Shown here: positions 22,096 through 31,506 of the stretch, one piece after another
Layout: each line of letters starts with the position of its first letter
Numbering within the stretch: position 1 is the stretch's first letter
From: Spirochaetia bacterium
Lineage (GTDB): Bacteria > Spirochaetota > Spirochaetia > SZUA-6 > Bin103
Assembly (NCBI GenBank): GCA_965208575.1
Contig: CBDBOV010000006.1
Location: forward strand, 461,984 to 525,983
Reading direction: 5' to 3'
Length of the DNA: 64,000 nucleotides
Program-made: the position numbers and the translations under genes
The notes under the pieces: model-generated
Told to the model about the DNA's origin: nothing
What the model saw: the letters and a program-made list of their open reading frames with translations, nothing else
The model's database searches: none

Positions 22096-23061
22096 TCAGC
22101 CGTATTGGACGCGCGGGTCCAGGTAGGCGTACAGCACGTCGACCAGCAGGTTGATGACCATCACCGCGACGGCGAAGAACAGGTTGATCCCCGATATCAA
22201 CGGGTAGTCGCGATCGGACAGGGCATTGATCATCAGGCGTCCCAGGCCGGGGATGGCGAACATCTGCTCCATGATGACCGAGCCGCCGACGATGATCGGT
22301 ATCTGCAGCCCTGCCAGCGTCACCACCGGAATGAGCGCGTTCTTGATGACGTGACGGAGGATGACCAGGCGCTCGCGCAGGCCCTTGGCCCAGGCGGTGC
22401 GAATGTAGTCCTGGCGGAGCACCTCGAGCATCATGGTACGGGTCATGCGCATGGTGCTGGCCGCCAGGTAGGTGCCGAGGATCAGACCCGGCACGATGAA
22501 GATGCCAAAGTGGCCGACGAAGTCGTCGGTCAGGCGCACCAGGCGCAGCGGCGGCGACCACGCCCACCAGATCGCCGGGAAGATGAGGATGATGGTGGCC
22601 AGCCAGAAGTTGGGCGTCGCCAGACCGAAGATGGCGAAGGAGCGACCGACGTAGTCGCCCACCGTATCCTGCCGCACCGCCGAGTAGATGCCGATCGGCA
22701 CCCCGATCAGCATCCCTACGACCAGTGCCACCACGCCCAGCTCGATGGTGGTCGGCAGCCGCCCGGCGATCAGTTGACCGACCGGTTCCGCCTTCAACAG
22801 AGGCTTGCCCAGATCGCCGCGCAAGATTATGCCGCCCATCCAGCGGCCATACTGCACCGGCACCGGCACGTCGAGCCCCAGCCGCCGCTCAAGCTCCGCC
22901 CGGTCGATGTGGTCCCCGCCGCCGGCCCCAGCCTCCATCCGGTACAGAAGCGTGTCTATGGCATCCCCTGGTATGAACCGCACCGACAGGAACACCAGAA
23001 TCGTCAGCAGGAAGAAGGTGGGGATCAGCAGCAGGACGCGGCGGATGACGTACGCCCTCAT
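22096..23061 (-). CDS. ABC transporter permease, DppB/OppB-like (cassette 2)
   Basis: 321-aa ORF. MRAYVIRRVLLLIPTFFLLTILVF...MLEVLRQDYIRTAWAKGL. Confidence 0.85.
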   Translation of the reverse strand: MRAYVIRRVLLLIPTFFLLTILVFLSVRFIPGDAIDTLLYRMEAGAGGGDHIDRAELERRLGLDVPVPVQYGRWMGGIILRGDLGKPLLKAEPVGQLIAGRLPTTIELGVVALVVGMLIGVPIGIYSAVRQDTVGDYVGRSFAIFGLATPNFWLATIILIFPAIWWAWSPPLRLVRLTDDFVGHFGIFIVPGLILGTYLAASTMRMTRTMMLEVLRQDYIRTAWAKGLRERLVILRHVIKNALIPVVTLAGLQIPIIVGGSVIMEQMFAIPGLGRLMINALSDRDYPLISGINLFFAVAVMVINLLVDVLYAYLDPRVQYG

Positions 23062-23223
23062 GTCGACGGAAGAACTGTCATTTCTTGCTGTTACTCCCCC
23101 TGGCGCAAATGAACTGGAGGGCGCGCGCCGGGAAGGCGCCCGACCCCCAGCTCGCGTCTACGGGTCAATTTCATTCAGGGAGCCGGCCCAAAGGCGGCCC
23201 TTGCTGGCTACGGCATTTCGCTC

Positions 23224-25029
23224 TCAGGATCCCATCTCGCGCTTCAGATCCTGATCGATCCAGAGGCGGGCGAAGATCGGCATTTTCTGAATATGGCCGA
23301 GATCACCTTCCCCGTTGTAGCCCTTGAGCCATGGCTGGCCGACATTGAACAGGGGAGCTCTCGGCCCCCGTATCACCCATATCCCCTCGGCGATGCGCAG
23401 GTCGGCCTTGCGCGCCCACTCCTGCTGCTCCTCCAGCGTGGTGGCGGTCAGCATGTTCTGGAAGTACTCGTCAAACTCAGCGTCGATGACGTTCTGGTCC
23501 CGCCACCCGCTTGTCGACGACGCATCGGAGATGTCAGAGATCACACCGGGATACTCGGCGCCATGCACATCCGTCCTCAACCCGAGATAGGGACAGTCAA
23601 ACGGGTTCGAACTGCACTCGATGCCCTTCTGCTGGTGTGTCGCGCGGGTAACCTCCTGGATCTCGACGTCGATGCCGATCTTCCTGAGGTAATCCATGGC
23701 GATCTGATAGTAGCCGAGGTCGAAGAACTCGTAGTGTTCGTAGACGGTCTTGAAACGCACGCCGTCCGCGCCGCGCGGAAGGCCGGCCTCGTCCAGCAGC
23801 TTCTCGGCCGCCTCGGGGTCGAACCGATACCACTGCGCGATCTCCTCGGGCCACTCTTCGAACGGCACCGCATACCCGAGCACAGCCCTGCCAAAACCGC
23901 CGACGGGCGTCGTATCGGACCACCCCTGATGGTAGGATTCCGAGATGGCGTCGAAGTCTATGGCCATGTTGAGGGCACGGCGCACGCGGATGTCGTTCCA
24001 AGGTGCGCTCTGGTTGTCAAACGTGAACGCCGTCTCCGCACGAAACGAAAACGTGGAAAACTGCAACTCGGGATTGGTCTCCTGCAGACTCAGGGCCTGG
24101 TCGACGCTGGAGAGGTGCGAGTTCGTTCCCCACCCCATCCAATCCGCCTGCCCAGAGCGCATCAGGGACAGCCTGGTAGCCGGGTCAGAGACGATCAGGA
24201 GCTCGATCTGATCGGCGTAGGGCAAACGGTTGTCGGGGAACTTCTCGTCGAAGCCCCAGTAGTCATCGATCCTGGTGTAGGTCCACGAACTTCCCTCCAC
24301 CACGTCAGTAAGCTGGTAGGGCCCCGTTCCGGTCACGTTGCGCCAGTCTTGAATGTCCCCGAACTGCTCGACGACCTCGCGGGCGACGATGTAGGCATGA
24401 TGAGAAACGGATAGTGTCTTCAAGGCCTCGAGAAAGGGCGCTTTCAACTTGACCACGACCGTGGAATCGTCGGGAGCGGTGATCGAATCCCAGTCCATCT
24501 TAGGCAGCTGTCCGATCCCTAAATCCTGCCCCGGCTCGCCGCCGTCAAAGCCCAGGAGCCGGTTGTAGCTGTATGCGACATCGTGGGCGGTCAGCTGCCG
24601 GCCGTTCACCGGCGCCTTGTCGTGCCAGAACACGTCGTCACGAATCTTGAACACGTAGGTGAGCGGATCCGGGTTCTCCCAGCTCTCAGCCAGCTGTCCG
24701 ATGAGGACCTCGACGGGCAGGTAGAGCGTGTTATAACCGAACACACTCCGGTCGAATGACCAGTCGCCAATGCCCAGCTTCTCGTTGACCAGCCCGATCC
24801 AGCCCCCCGCGGAGTAAACGAAGTAGGGGTCGATGCCCTCCGGCTTGCCGGCGACAAGCAATCTGATCGTGCCGCCATATTCGGGCGCGGTCACCATCTC
24901 GCCGGTGGCCGGGTCGAGCACCATCTCCTTCTCGGCCGCGGCCGCCGGCTGGTCGCTCTCGCCGCTGGCGAACGTAACGGTAGCCACCAGCGCGAACACC
25001 AGCGGCAGCAATAGGAGTCTTGGAGTCAT
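23224..25029 (-). CDS. ABC transporter substrate-binding protein, family 5 (cassette 2)
   Basis: Internal ATG 25029 of ORF 23224..25128, behind GAGGAGGAG. MTPRLLLLPLVFALVATVTFASGE... Confidence 0.85.
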   Translation of the reverse strand: MTPRLLLLPLVFALVATVTFASGESDQPAAAAEKEMVLDPATGEMVTAPEYGGTIRLLVAGKPEGIDPYFVYSAGGWIGLVNEKLGIGDWSFDRSVFGYNTLYLPVEVLIGQLAESWENPDPLTYVFKIRDDVFWHDKAPVNGRQLTAHDVAYSYNRLLGFDGGEPGQDLGIGQLPKMDWDSITAPDDSTVVVKLKAPFLEALKTLSVSHHAYIVAREVVEQFGDIQDWRNVTGTGPYQLTDVVEGSSWTYTRIDDYWGFDEKFPDNRLPYADQIELLIVSDPATRLSLMRSGQADWMGWGTNSHLSSVDQALSLQETNPELQFSTFSFRAETAFTFDNQSAPWNDIRVRRALNMAIDFDAISESYHQGWSDTTPVGGFGRAVLGYAVPFEEWPEEIAQWYRFDPEAAEKLLDEAGLPRGADGVRFKTVYEHYEFFDLGYYQIAMDYLRKIGIDVEIQEVTRATHQQKGIECSSNPFDCPYLGLRTDVHGAEYPGVISDISDASSTSGWRDQNVIDAEFDEYFQNMLTATTLEEQQEWARKADLRIAEGIWVIRGPRAPLFNVGQPWLKGYNGEGDLGHIQKMPIFARLWIDQDLKREMGS

Positions 25030-25236
25030 AACGTAACTCCTCCTCGTTTTCGGGAGACGGGACCGGGTTCCGTCGCCCGTGGTCTTGGACCGGAGACTCC
25101 GGCCTTCTCGAATGGTCCTTGTATTCACGGCGCGGGGTATTGGAGCGGTAGGTGTGGATATGGACGGGAGCCGCTAGCAGCCCGTGGTGGAACCCGGCGT
25201 AGCACCGAGAGCGGCGAGGCGCCCGGCTGGCAAGGC

Positions 25237-27231
25237 GTCCGGGTAGCCCAGGGCGGTTGCCCGCCCCAGGCCCCCACAGTCCCGTGCGAGCGCGATTGAC
25301 GCACACGGTTCCTCAGGTCGTAGAGTTCGCTGCATAGATGGACTGGACGACACGAACGGCCGGCAGCGGATATCGGGCCAGCAACCGCGCAAAGCAGGCC
25401 CACGTGAGGCGTCGTCCACCGCGCCGGTTCAGCCACTTCAACCAGAGGCGCTTGGCGGCGTCGTGGAAGTACCCCAACGAGCGCCCATTGCCGGTAATGC
25501 CGTAATACCCATAGTGGCCCAGCAGCTTGCGCCGGAGGGCCGCTTGCTGCGCCCGCAGAGGCTCGTGCCGATGGCGCTTACACCACACGGCGAGTGCTCG
25601 TAACGCACGGGTCAGCCGGTCGGAGGCGGTTTTCCGCTTCACGATCCACTTCCCGTTGCGCGAGCGCCCCCAATAGTGCGTGAATCCCAAGAATGGAAAA
25701 CTCGCCCCGTGGTGGGCTGTCGCGTTCCCTCCCGGCGGTCGAAACTGAAGCATCCGTGTCTTTTCCTCGTGCACGGTCAACCCGTACTTCGCGAAGCGCT
25801 TTGGTAACACGCGCAGCACGTTCTCGGCATCGCGCCGGTCGCTGAACGTCAGTACCGCATCGTCCGCAAAACGCACCAGGAACGCCCGCCCCCGCAGGCG
25901 CGGTCGGACCACCTCATAGAACCATCGGTCGAGTACCTCGTGCAGATAAACATTGCTGAGCAACGGCGATAGTACGCCACCTTGCGGTGTCCCCTGCTCC
26001 GGGTAGGTCACTGAGCCATCTTCCATGACCCCTGCCTTTAGCCATTTTCCGATCAATCGTGTGATCACTCCATCTCGCATCCGCTGTGCCAGAATCGTGC
26101 GCATGGTAGCGTGTGACAGCGTGTCGAAATACTTTCGTATGTCCAGGTCTATCACCCAACCGCCCCCTTGACCCATCATCTGGTCCCAGAGTGCTTGCAG
26201 CGCCGTGTGCGGCGATCGCTTCGGGCGAAAGCCGTGTGCACAGCTTAGAAAGTCTCGCTCGTACAGGGGCTCAAGCAGCATCTGTACCGCCCGCTGAAGT
26301 ACCTTGTCCTCGAAGGTCGGTATCCCGATCGGGCGGGTTTCTCCGCCCTTCCCTTTCGGAATGTGCGCCCGCCTTACCGGCGGCGCGCGGTACGTTCCCG
26401 CCTTCGCCCGCTCCAGCAGTGATTTCAAATTCTGCTCCAGGTTCTCCCCGTACTGCTCGGCAGTCTGTTCGTCAACTCCAACTGCACCATCCTTCCGGGT
26501 ACGCCGGTAGGCTTCGTACAGCCACTCCAGATCCATGTGATACGCCAGCGACGTGAATGCCACGCCGGCGTGGATTCTCGCGTTCTCTGCTATCTGCTGC
26601 TGTTTCGTTAACACGTTCCCGGATTCCATCGCATCCTCCATGTTTCCCCGCACCAGTTCTACGACTTGACGCCCTCCTTCCCTCCGCCGGGTCCGGTGCG
26701 GCGACCGTTCCCCCGCTTCCTCGGTACTATGGGGGCGCTAAGACTGCTCGTTGCCCTTCCCGCCGCGCTTCGTTGCCTTCGCTTGGCGGTACCACGACCG
26801 CACCCGCTGCTTCGCTCCTGCACGTTCACGGGCGCTCTCCCGTGCAGGCCCGGACGTTGGTGTGCCGGCGTCCCTCCGGCTCTCCCGTCATGGAGACATC
26901 GAGCTCTCCCAGGTTCCTGGGCCACCCGCTCCGCATCTGCCCTGCTCTCCGACCCCGACCGGGCCGCCGTGCCTCGCCATTTCGGCACGTACGGTGCTGC
27001 CCCCGCATTGTCGACTACGAAGGCCCCAGCGAGCTTTCTCCTTTCGAGGCTCAATCACACGGCTTCTGCGGTCGCTGTCTACGCTTCGCCCTCAGGGTCG
27101 CCCCTGCCGACGCAAGACTCGCTTCCGGCTGCTTGCTATGCTTTACCGGATGGGATTGGCTACCCACGGGGTGGCTAAGAAAGGTTTCTGATGTCTATTT
27201 CATCTTCCTCCTTCCCCAGGCTTGGCCTGGC
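25237..27231 (-). mobile_element. Group II intron (about 2.0 kb) with intron-encoded RT/maturase
   Basis: Boundaries come from comparison with the intron-less paralogous site (43405..43651). A domain VI-like hairpin at 25241..25275 has a GCAA loop and a bulged A (25244) 7 nt from the ...GGAC 3' end. A domain V-like hairpin lies at 25282..25308. The 5' junction lacks GUGYG; the nearest GUGUG is at 27060..27056. Confidence 0.7.
25313..26653 (-). CDS. Group II intron reverse transcriptase/maturase (no endonuclease domain)
   Basis: 446-aa ORF with RPIGIPTFEDKVLQRAV, GTPQGGVLSPLLSNVYL, VRFADDAVL (the YADD box reads FADD) and a maturase-like tail FLGFTHYWGRS...LLGHYGYYG. Confidence 0.85.
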   Translation of the reverse strand: MRGNMEDAMESGNVLTKQQQIAENARIHAGVAFTSLAYHMDLEWLYEAYRRTRKDGAVGVDEQTAEQYGENLEQNLKSLLERAKAGTYRAPPVRRAHIPKGKGGETRPIGIPTFEDKVLQRAVQMLLEPLYERDFLSCAHGFRPKRSPHTALQALWDQMMGQGGGWVIDLDIRKYFDTLSHATMRTILAQRMRDGVITRLIGKWLKAGVMEDGSVTYPEQGTPQGGVLSPLLSNVYLHEVLDRWFYEVVRPRLRGRAFLVRFADDAVLTFSDRRDAENVLRVLPKRFAKYGLTVHEEKTRMLQFRPPGGNATAHHGASFPFLGFTHYWGRSRNGKWIVKRKTASDRLTRALRALAVWCKRHRHEPLRAQQAALRRKLLGHYGYYGITGNGRSLGYFHDAAKRLWLKWLNRRGGRRLTWACFARLLARYPLPAVRVVQSIYAANSTT

Positions 27232-27511
27232 GCGACGACGAACGAGCATATCCGGGCGCAGGAGTCTGTCGGGTGACGACAGGCTCCTGCGCGCAGGTTG
27301 GGATGGGCCGAAAGCGGCGTCCGTTGGACGGCGCTTTCGGGGCGATATGTGAGCGAGGAGCAAACGCAGCCAGCCGGGATGGATCGCCGCTCGAATGCAG
27401 CCGGAGCTCCACCACGGGCTGCTCGGTCGTCAGCGGCGCGGATGGTGGCAGAGCGGTGGACGTGGCTCGGTGGGCGTAGCGAACGGTCAGTTACCGGGTG
27501 CTTGGTTTGTT

Positions 27512-27530
27512 GGACGGAGCAGGACGGAGC
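27512..27530. repeat. Leader 10-bp tandem repeat GGACGGAGCA, about 2 units (L2)
   Basis: Read directly: ggacggagca ggacggagc. Confidence 0.8.
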
Positions 27531-27771
27531 GCTGGCGCTTGCAGCGAACCGGCGGCTGCGGCGGGCTGTGCAATCGCGCTTCATCCGCGCTTGTCCTCCT
27601 CCCGGAGCCATCACTCTACCACACGCCCGGCCACCGTCAAGCCGCCGCATTGACTCATCGAAAATCTAACCGTAGCGAAAGCATGCCTCATCTAAAAATC
27701 TAACCGAACGGGCTGGACCTTCCGGGTCCGGTTGGAGCCTCTCCGAGGGACGTGAGGAGGTTCCGGAGGAG

Positions 27772-29046
27772 ATGGGGTTGAAGATGAGTTCAAGGCGAGA
27801 GCTCACCGAGCAGCACGCGCAGCGGTATCGTCGGGCGGGCAAGAAGGAGAAGGGGCGCATACTCGACGAGTTCGTCGAGTCGACCGGGTACCAGCGCAAG
27901 TACGCGATCCATCTGTTGACCTGGTGGGGACGGACCCGCATGGTGCGAGTCGACGGCACACTGGTGAAGCTGGTGGTCGGGCGTCCGCGGCCTGCCCAGC
28001 GCCGCGTGCGACCGCGGCGCTACGACCAGGAGGTGCTGGTCGCTCTGAAGCTGATCTGGTACGTGTTCGACTGCATGTGCGGCAAGCGCCTGGTGGTCGT
28101 GCTGCGCACCATGCTGCCGACGCTGGAGTCGTTCGGCGAGATCGAGCTGACCGCAGCGGTGCGCGGCAAGCTGCAGACCATCAGCGCCGCGACCATCGAC
28201 CGGCTGCTGCAGCAGGAGCGCGCACGGCTGCGCCTGAAGGGTCGCACGCACACCAAGCCGGGCACCCTCCTGAAGGATCAGATCGCGATCCGAACCTTCG
28301 CTGACTGGGACGAGCAGGAGCCGGGCTTCTTCGAGATCGACTTGGTGGGCCATGAAGGCGGCAACGCGTCAGGCGACTTCTGCCACACGCTCACCATCAC
28401 CGACGTTGACACCGGCTGGGTCGACCTGTACGGCGTGCAGAACAAGGCGCAGCGCTGGACCCACGAGGCGATCGACGCTGCCCGGCAGAGCCTGCCGATC
28501 GTGATGCGGGGGATCGACACCGACAACGGCAGCGAGTTCATCAATCATCATTTGCTGCGCTATTGCGAAGCGCACGGCATCACGTTCACTCGGGGTCGCC
28601 CGCATCGCAAGAACGACACCTGCTACGTCGAGCAGAAGAATGGCCACGTGGTGCGACGGGCGGTCGGCCACCTGCGTTACGACACCGACCGGGAACTGGC
28701 TGCCCTCAACGCGATATACCGCCCGCTGTGCCTGCTGGTGAACTTCTTCTATCCCTCGGTGAAGCTGGTGAAGAAAACCCGCACCGGCAGCAAGGTGCGC
28801 CGCATCTATGACGACCCGCAGACGCCGTATCACCGCATGCTGGCCTCCGAGTCGGTGAGCGAGAAGGTGAAGAACCGCCTCAAGCAGCAGTACGCGACGT
28901 TGAATCCGGTCGCCCTCAAGCGCGAGCTGACCAGGTTGACCGAGGATCTGCTGCAGCTGAACGTCAGCAAGACCGCCAAGGCCGCACCAAGCACGGTGCA
29001 AACACCGAGCGAGGAGCGTGGTGGCAGCGGTCGCACGGCAAAATGA
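27772..29046 (+). CDS. DDE (rve/integrase-core) transposase, ISNCY/IS481-like
   Basis: 424-aa ORF with WDEQEPGFFEIDLVGHEGGNASGDFCHTLTITDVDTGW, GIDTDNGSEFINHHLLRY and YVEQKNGHVVRR. Confidence 0.7.
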   Translation: MGLKMSSRRELTEQHAQRYRRAGKKEKGRILDEFVESTGYQRKYAIHLLTWWGRTRMVRVDGTLVKLVVGRPRPAQRRVRPRRYDQEVLVALKLIWYVFDCMCGKRLVVVLRTMLPTLESFGEIELTAAVRGKLQTISAATIDRLLQQERARLRLKGRTHTKPGTLLKDQIAIRTFADWDEQEPGFFEIDLVGHEGGNASGDFCHTLTITDVDTGWVDLYGVQNKAQRWTHEAIDAARQSLPIVMRGIDTDNGSEFINHHLLRYCEAHGITFTRGRPHRKNDTCYVEQKNGHVVRRAVGHLRYDTDRELAALNAIYRPLCLLVNFFYPSVKLVKKTRTGSKVRRIYDDPQTPYHRMLASESVSEKVKNRLKQQYATLNPVALKRELTRLTEDLLQLNVSKTAKAAPSTVQTPSEERGGSGRTAK

Positions 29047-29090
29047 CCCTCTCAGGCGGGTCTGACGGTCGATAATCGGAGAATGGGCGG

Positions 29091-30862
29091 TCAGCGATGA
29101 GAAAACGTCGCCTCAGCCGCGCTGTAAGGCCCCTCCACGACACGAGGTGGTGTCTGGATACCCCCGTGTCTATGCATAACCATGCAATTCAGTGCAACTT
29201 TATCCGCGACCGTAAGCCGGGTGGCGGAGTCCCGGTGCCGTCCCTGCAGTGCCTCGGCGAGGCGATTGCGGACCGCTGCCAGCCGGCTGCGTACCCGCCT
29301 GATGCTCTTTTCCAGGGCCCGGCGCACCGGTTCACGACCCGTGCGTCGGGCTCCGGCGGCGCAAGGTCATGGCTCGGCAGCGCGTCAAGGTTGAACTGCT
29401 CGCGCAGGTACTTGAAGAAGTTCTCCTGCGACCAGCGCGAGAACATGGCGCCGGCGACCTGCGCCAACGGCATCTGCGGGTGCGTGGTGATCACCGCCAC
29501 CTGACGACCGTTGGCCAGACGCCGCCGGATCTGGCGCACCACCAGCCCGTTGCGCAGCATGATCGGCTGCTCGGCCAGATCAACCGCAGTCGTGCTGGTG
29601 CCGGCGGGACCATGGATCGGTACCTCGAAGGTGTGGAAGTCTTCCGGCAGCCAGTCCGCGCCGTTGAAGTTCTTGTGCCAGGTGATGCAGGCGATGCCAC
29701 GCCGGGCCAGGCGCTTGAACAGGTCCGGGCTCCAGCCCTCGCGGTCGAACACCAGGGTCAGCTGCGGGGTACCGGCCGGTGCTCCGGTCAGGTCGGGGGC
29801 CGCTTCGGTCACCACCCCCAGGTGCTGCAACTGCGGCACCACGTCGTGCTTGATCGCATTCACCGGCTTCGGGTCCAGCGCCTTGTGCAGGCACAGCAGC
29901 GGTGCGCCGCCGAGGGCGTTGATCCAGTAGCTCACCGACGCCGGCAGACACAGCTTCTGGCGTGCGACGAAGTGTTTCGGCAACCGCCCGTTGCGCCCGG
30001 TGTACACCTTCACGTGGCCATCCACGGCCAGCGTCGTCCAGTCGTCGTCGTGCTCGCTGGCCCAGGTACGCGCCAGTACCGATTGCCAATCGCGCACGGT
30101 GTGCTCGGCGCTGGCCAGCAGCCTGATCTTGCGGCGCAGCGTCTTGGTCTCCGGACAGCGGTCGAGGCCGAGGATGGCGCCCCACTCGCCGGGTGCCTGG
30201 TAGCGCAGGCTCTCGGGGTTGCGCACCCGGGCCAGGGTCATGCAGGCGACGAACAGGAGGATGGTGGTCAGGCCGTAGAATCCGGCCGGCAGGCGGAACA
30301 GGCGGTTGGCGGCGGTGAGCAGGCCCTCGCGCAGCAGCATCGCCAGTGCGGCCAGCACGCCGCCGCCAGCGACCGCGTGGGCGGGCTCGACGAACGCTGG
30401 TGTGGCCTCGGTCAGCAGGCCGGCTCTGGCGAGCGTGCGGCGTTCCACGTCGCGCGCCGCGCGGCCCATGGGCGCGTGCTTGTCGCGGGCGTCGCGGCTG
30501 GCGCGCTCAGTGGCGACCGCCGGGTCGCTGACCGCGGCGGCGGTGCTGACCGGGTGATCAGTGGTGGTGGCCGCCGGCGCAACCTCGGCGCTGGCGGCGG
30601 GCTCCCGGGTGGGATCTGTGATGACGCCGGCGCGGCGGTTCTCGTTGAAGGTGCTCACCGGGATGCCGAGTTCGCGAGCGCAGGCTGAGCCGCTCATCCC
30701 GGAAGCGAGCAGCTTGGCTGCCTGGTCCGCCATCTCGGCGTCGTCCACGGTGGCCTCCACGGCACCGCGCCGGCTGACTCCGGTCGGGCTACGCCCTCCG
30801 TCCGTCAGCGGGGTACAGCATCTCCTCCGCCCCGTTCGATCCCGACGGCTCCGGTGTCGCAA
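29091..30862 (-). pseudogene. IS4-superfamily-like DDE transposase, frameshifted near the 3' end
   Basis: ORF 29189..30862 has an N-terminal HTH (GMSGSACARELGIPVSTF) and a Y(2)R(3)E(6)K-like MFSRWSQENFFKYLR. The natural continuation RRALEKSIRRVRSRLAAVRNRL is in another frame (ORF 29091..29327). Confidence 0.55.
29101..29170 (+). repeat. ~70-bp direct repeat, copy 1 (pairs with 31071..31139)
   Basis: gaaaacgtcgcctcagccgcgctgtaaggcccctccacgacacgaggtggtgtctggatacccccgtgtc. Contains the palindrome GACACgaggtgGTGTC. Confidence 0.85.
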
Positions 30863-31070
30863 CCTCGTCGCCTACCCCGTCCCGGCGGTGGGGAATTGTC
30901 ATGACCCTGCCCCGGGCAACGCACCTCGGTGCAGTTGTCCGGGGCGCCTCGCTCCGTGCGCTCCGCAGCAACCTGCGCGCCGATCGCGGCGTGGGCGGCA
31001 TCACCCGGCTCGGCAAATGACTTCTGAGCGTCTCTGACGCCCGTATATCCGTGAGCCAGACGGTCGGCGT

Positions 31071-31139
31071 CAAGAAATGTCGCCTCAGCCGCGCTGTAAG
31101 GCCTCTCCGCGACACGAGGTGGTGTCTGGACATCCCCGT
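31071..31139 (+). repeat. ~70-bp direct repeat, copy 2
   Basis: gaaatgtcgcctcagccgcgctgtaaggcctctccgcgacacgaggtggtgtctggacatccccgtgtc. Same orientation as copy 1, about 90% identical. Confidence 0.85.
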
Positions 31140-31506
31140 GTCACCAGCACCGAAGTCGCCTCCAGACCCGTCCGCCCCCTCTTCGGTCAGCGACACGACA
31201 CGGCACCGACCACCTCCCTGCCGTTGACGCCTCCTCATCCGCGCCGACCAACCAGATACGCCCCCGGTCGCGTTGGTGTGCTTGAATCAACCCGGCCGGT
31301 CGCCCAGCAGCCTATCCACTTATCCACAATTTATGAGTCTCCCCCCTCGCGCTCCCCCCTCGTTCTCCGCCTCCCTTTCGGTTAGATTCTTACGTGAGGC
31401 ACGCTCACCGTAAGGTTAGATTTTTACGTGAGGCAATAGGGCCGCGGAAGTGGAGCGTGCGGTCGCGAGCGGATATGCGCTGGAGAACTGCTTTGGCGTG
31501 GCCGGG

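Larger units (their letters stand above)
25177..27422 (-). mobile_element. 247-bp-type TIR-bounded non-coding element, copy A (carries the group II intron)
   Basis: Ends GCAGCCCGTGGTGGAAC... and ...GCTCCACCACGGGCTGC. Collinear with the uninterrupted copy at 43405..43651 except for 25237..27231. Confidence 0.6.
25030..27640 (-). promoter_or_regulatory. Conserved SBP leader, copy L2, interrupted by the 247-bp element and a group II intron
   Basis: -35 TTGACG (27635..27640), 16 nt, -10 TAGAGT (27613..27618), GGAGGAGG, ATG 27584 (MKRDCTARR). The SBP-proximal part at 25030..25176 matches the other leaders. Confidence 0.5.
27651..31435 (+). mobile_element. Composite/nested IS (3.8 kb): an rve-type IS with doubled 22-bp terminal repeats, containing a second transposase gene
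   Basis: Each end has two copies of TGCCTCA(C/T)NTAA(A/G)AATCTAACC, 12 bp apart and in inverted orientation (27651..27705 vs 31381..31435). No clear TSD was seen. Confidence 0.6.

Noticed and set aside
25313-26653. The reverse transcriptase considered as a retron, DGR or Abi-type defence RT.
   Set aside because: It has a maturase-like C-terminus. It is followed by domain V/VI-like hairpins with a bulged A at the expected distance from the insert end. No template/variable repeat pair or msr/msd-like structure next to the RT was seen.
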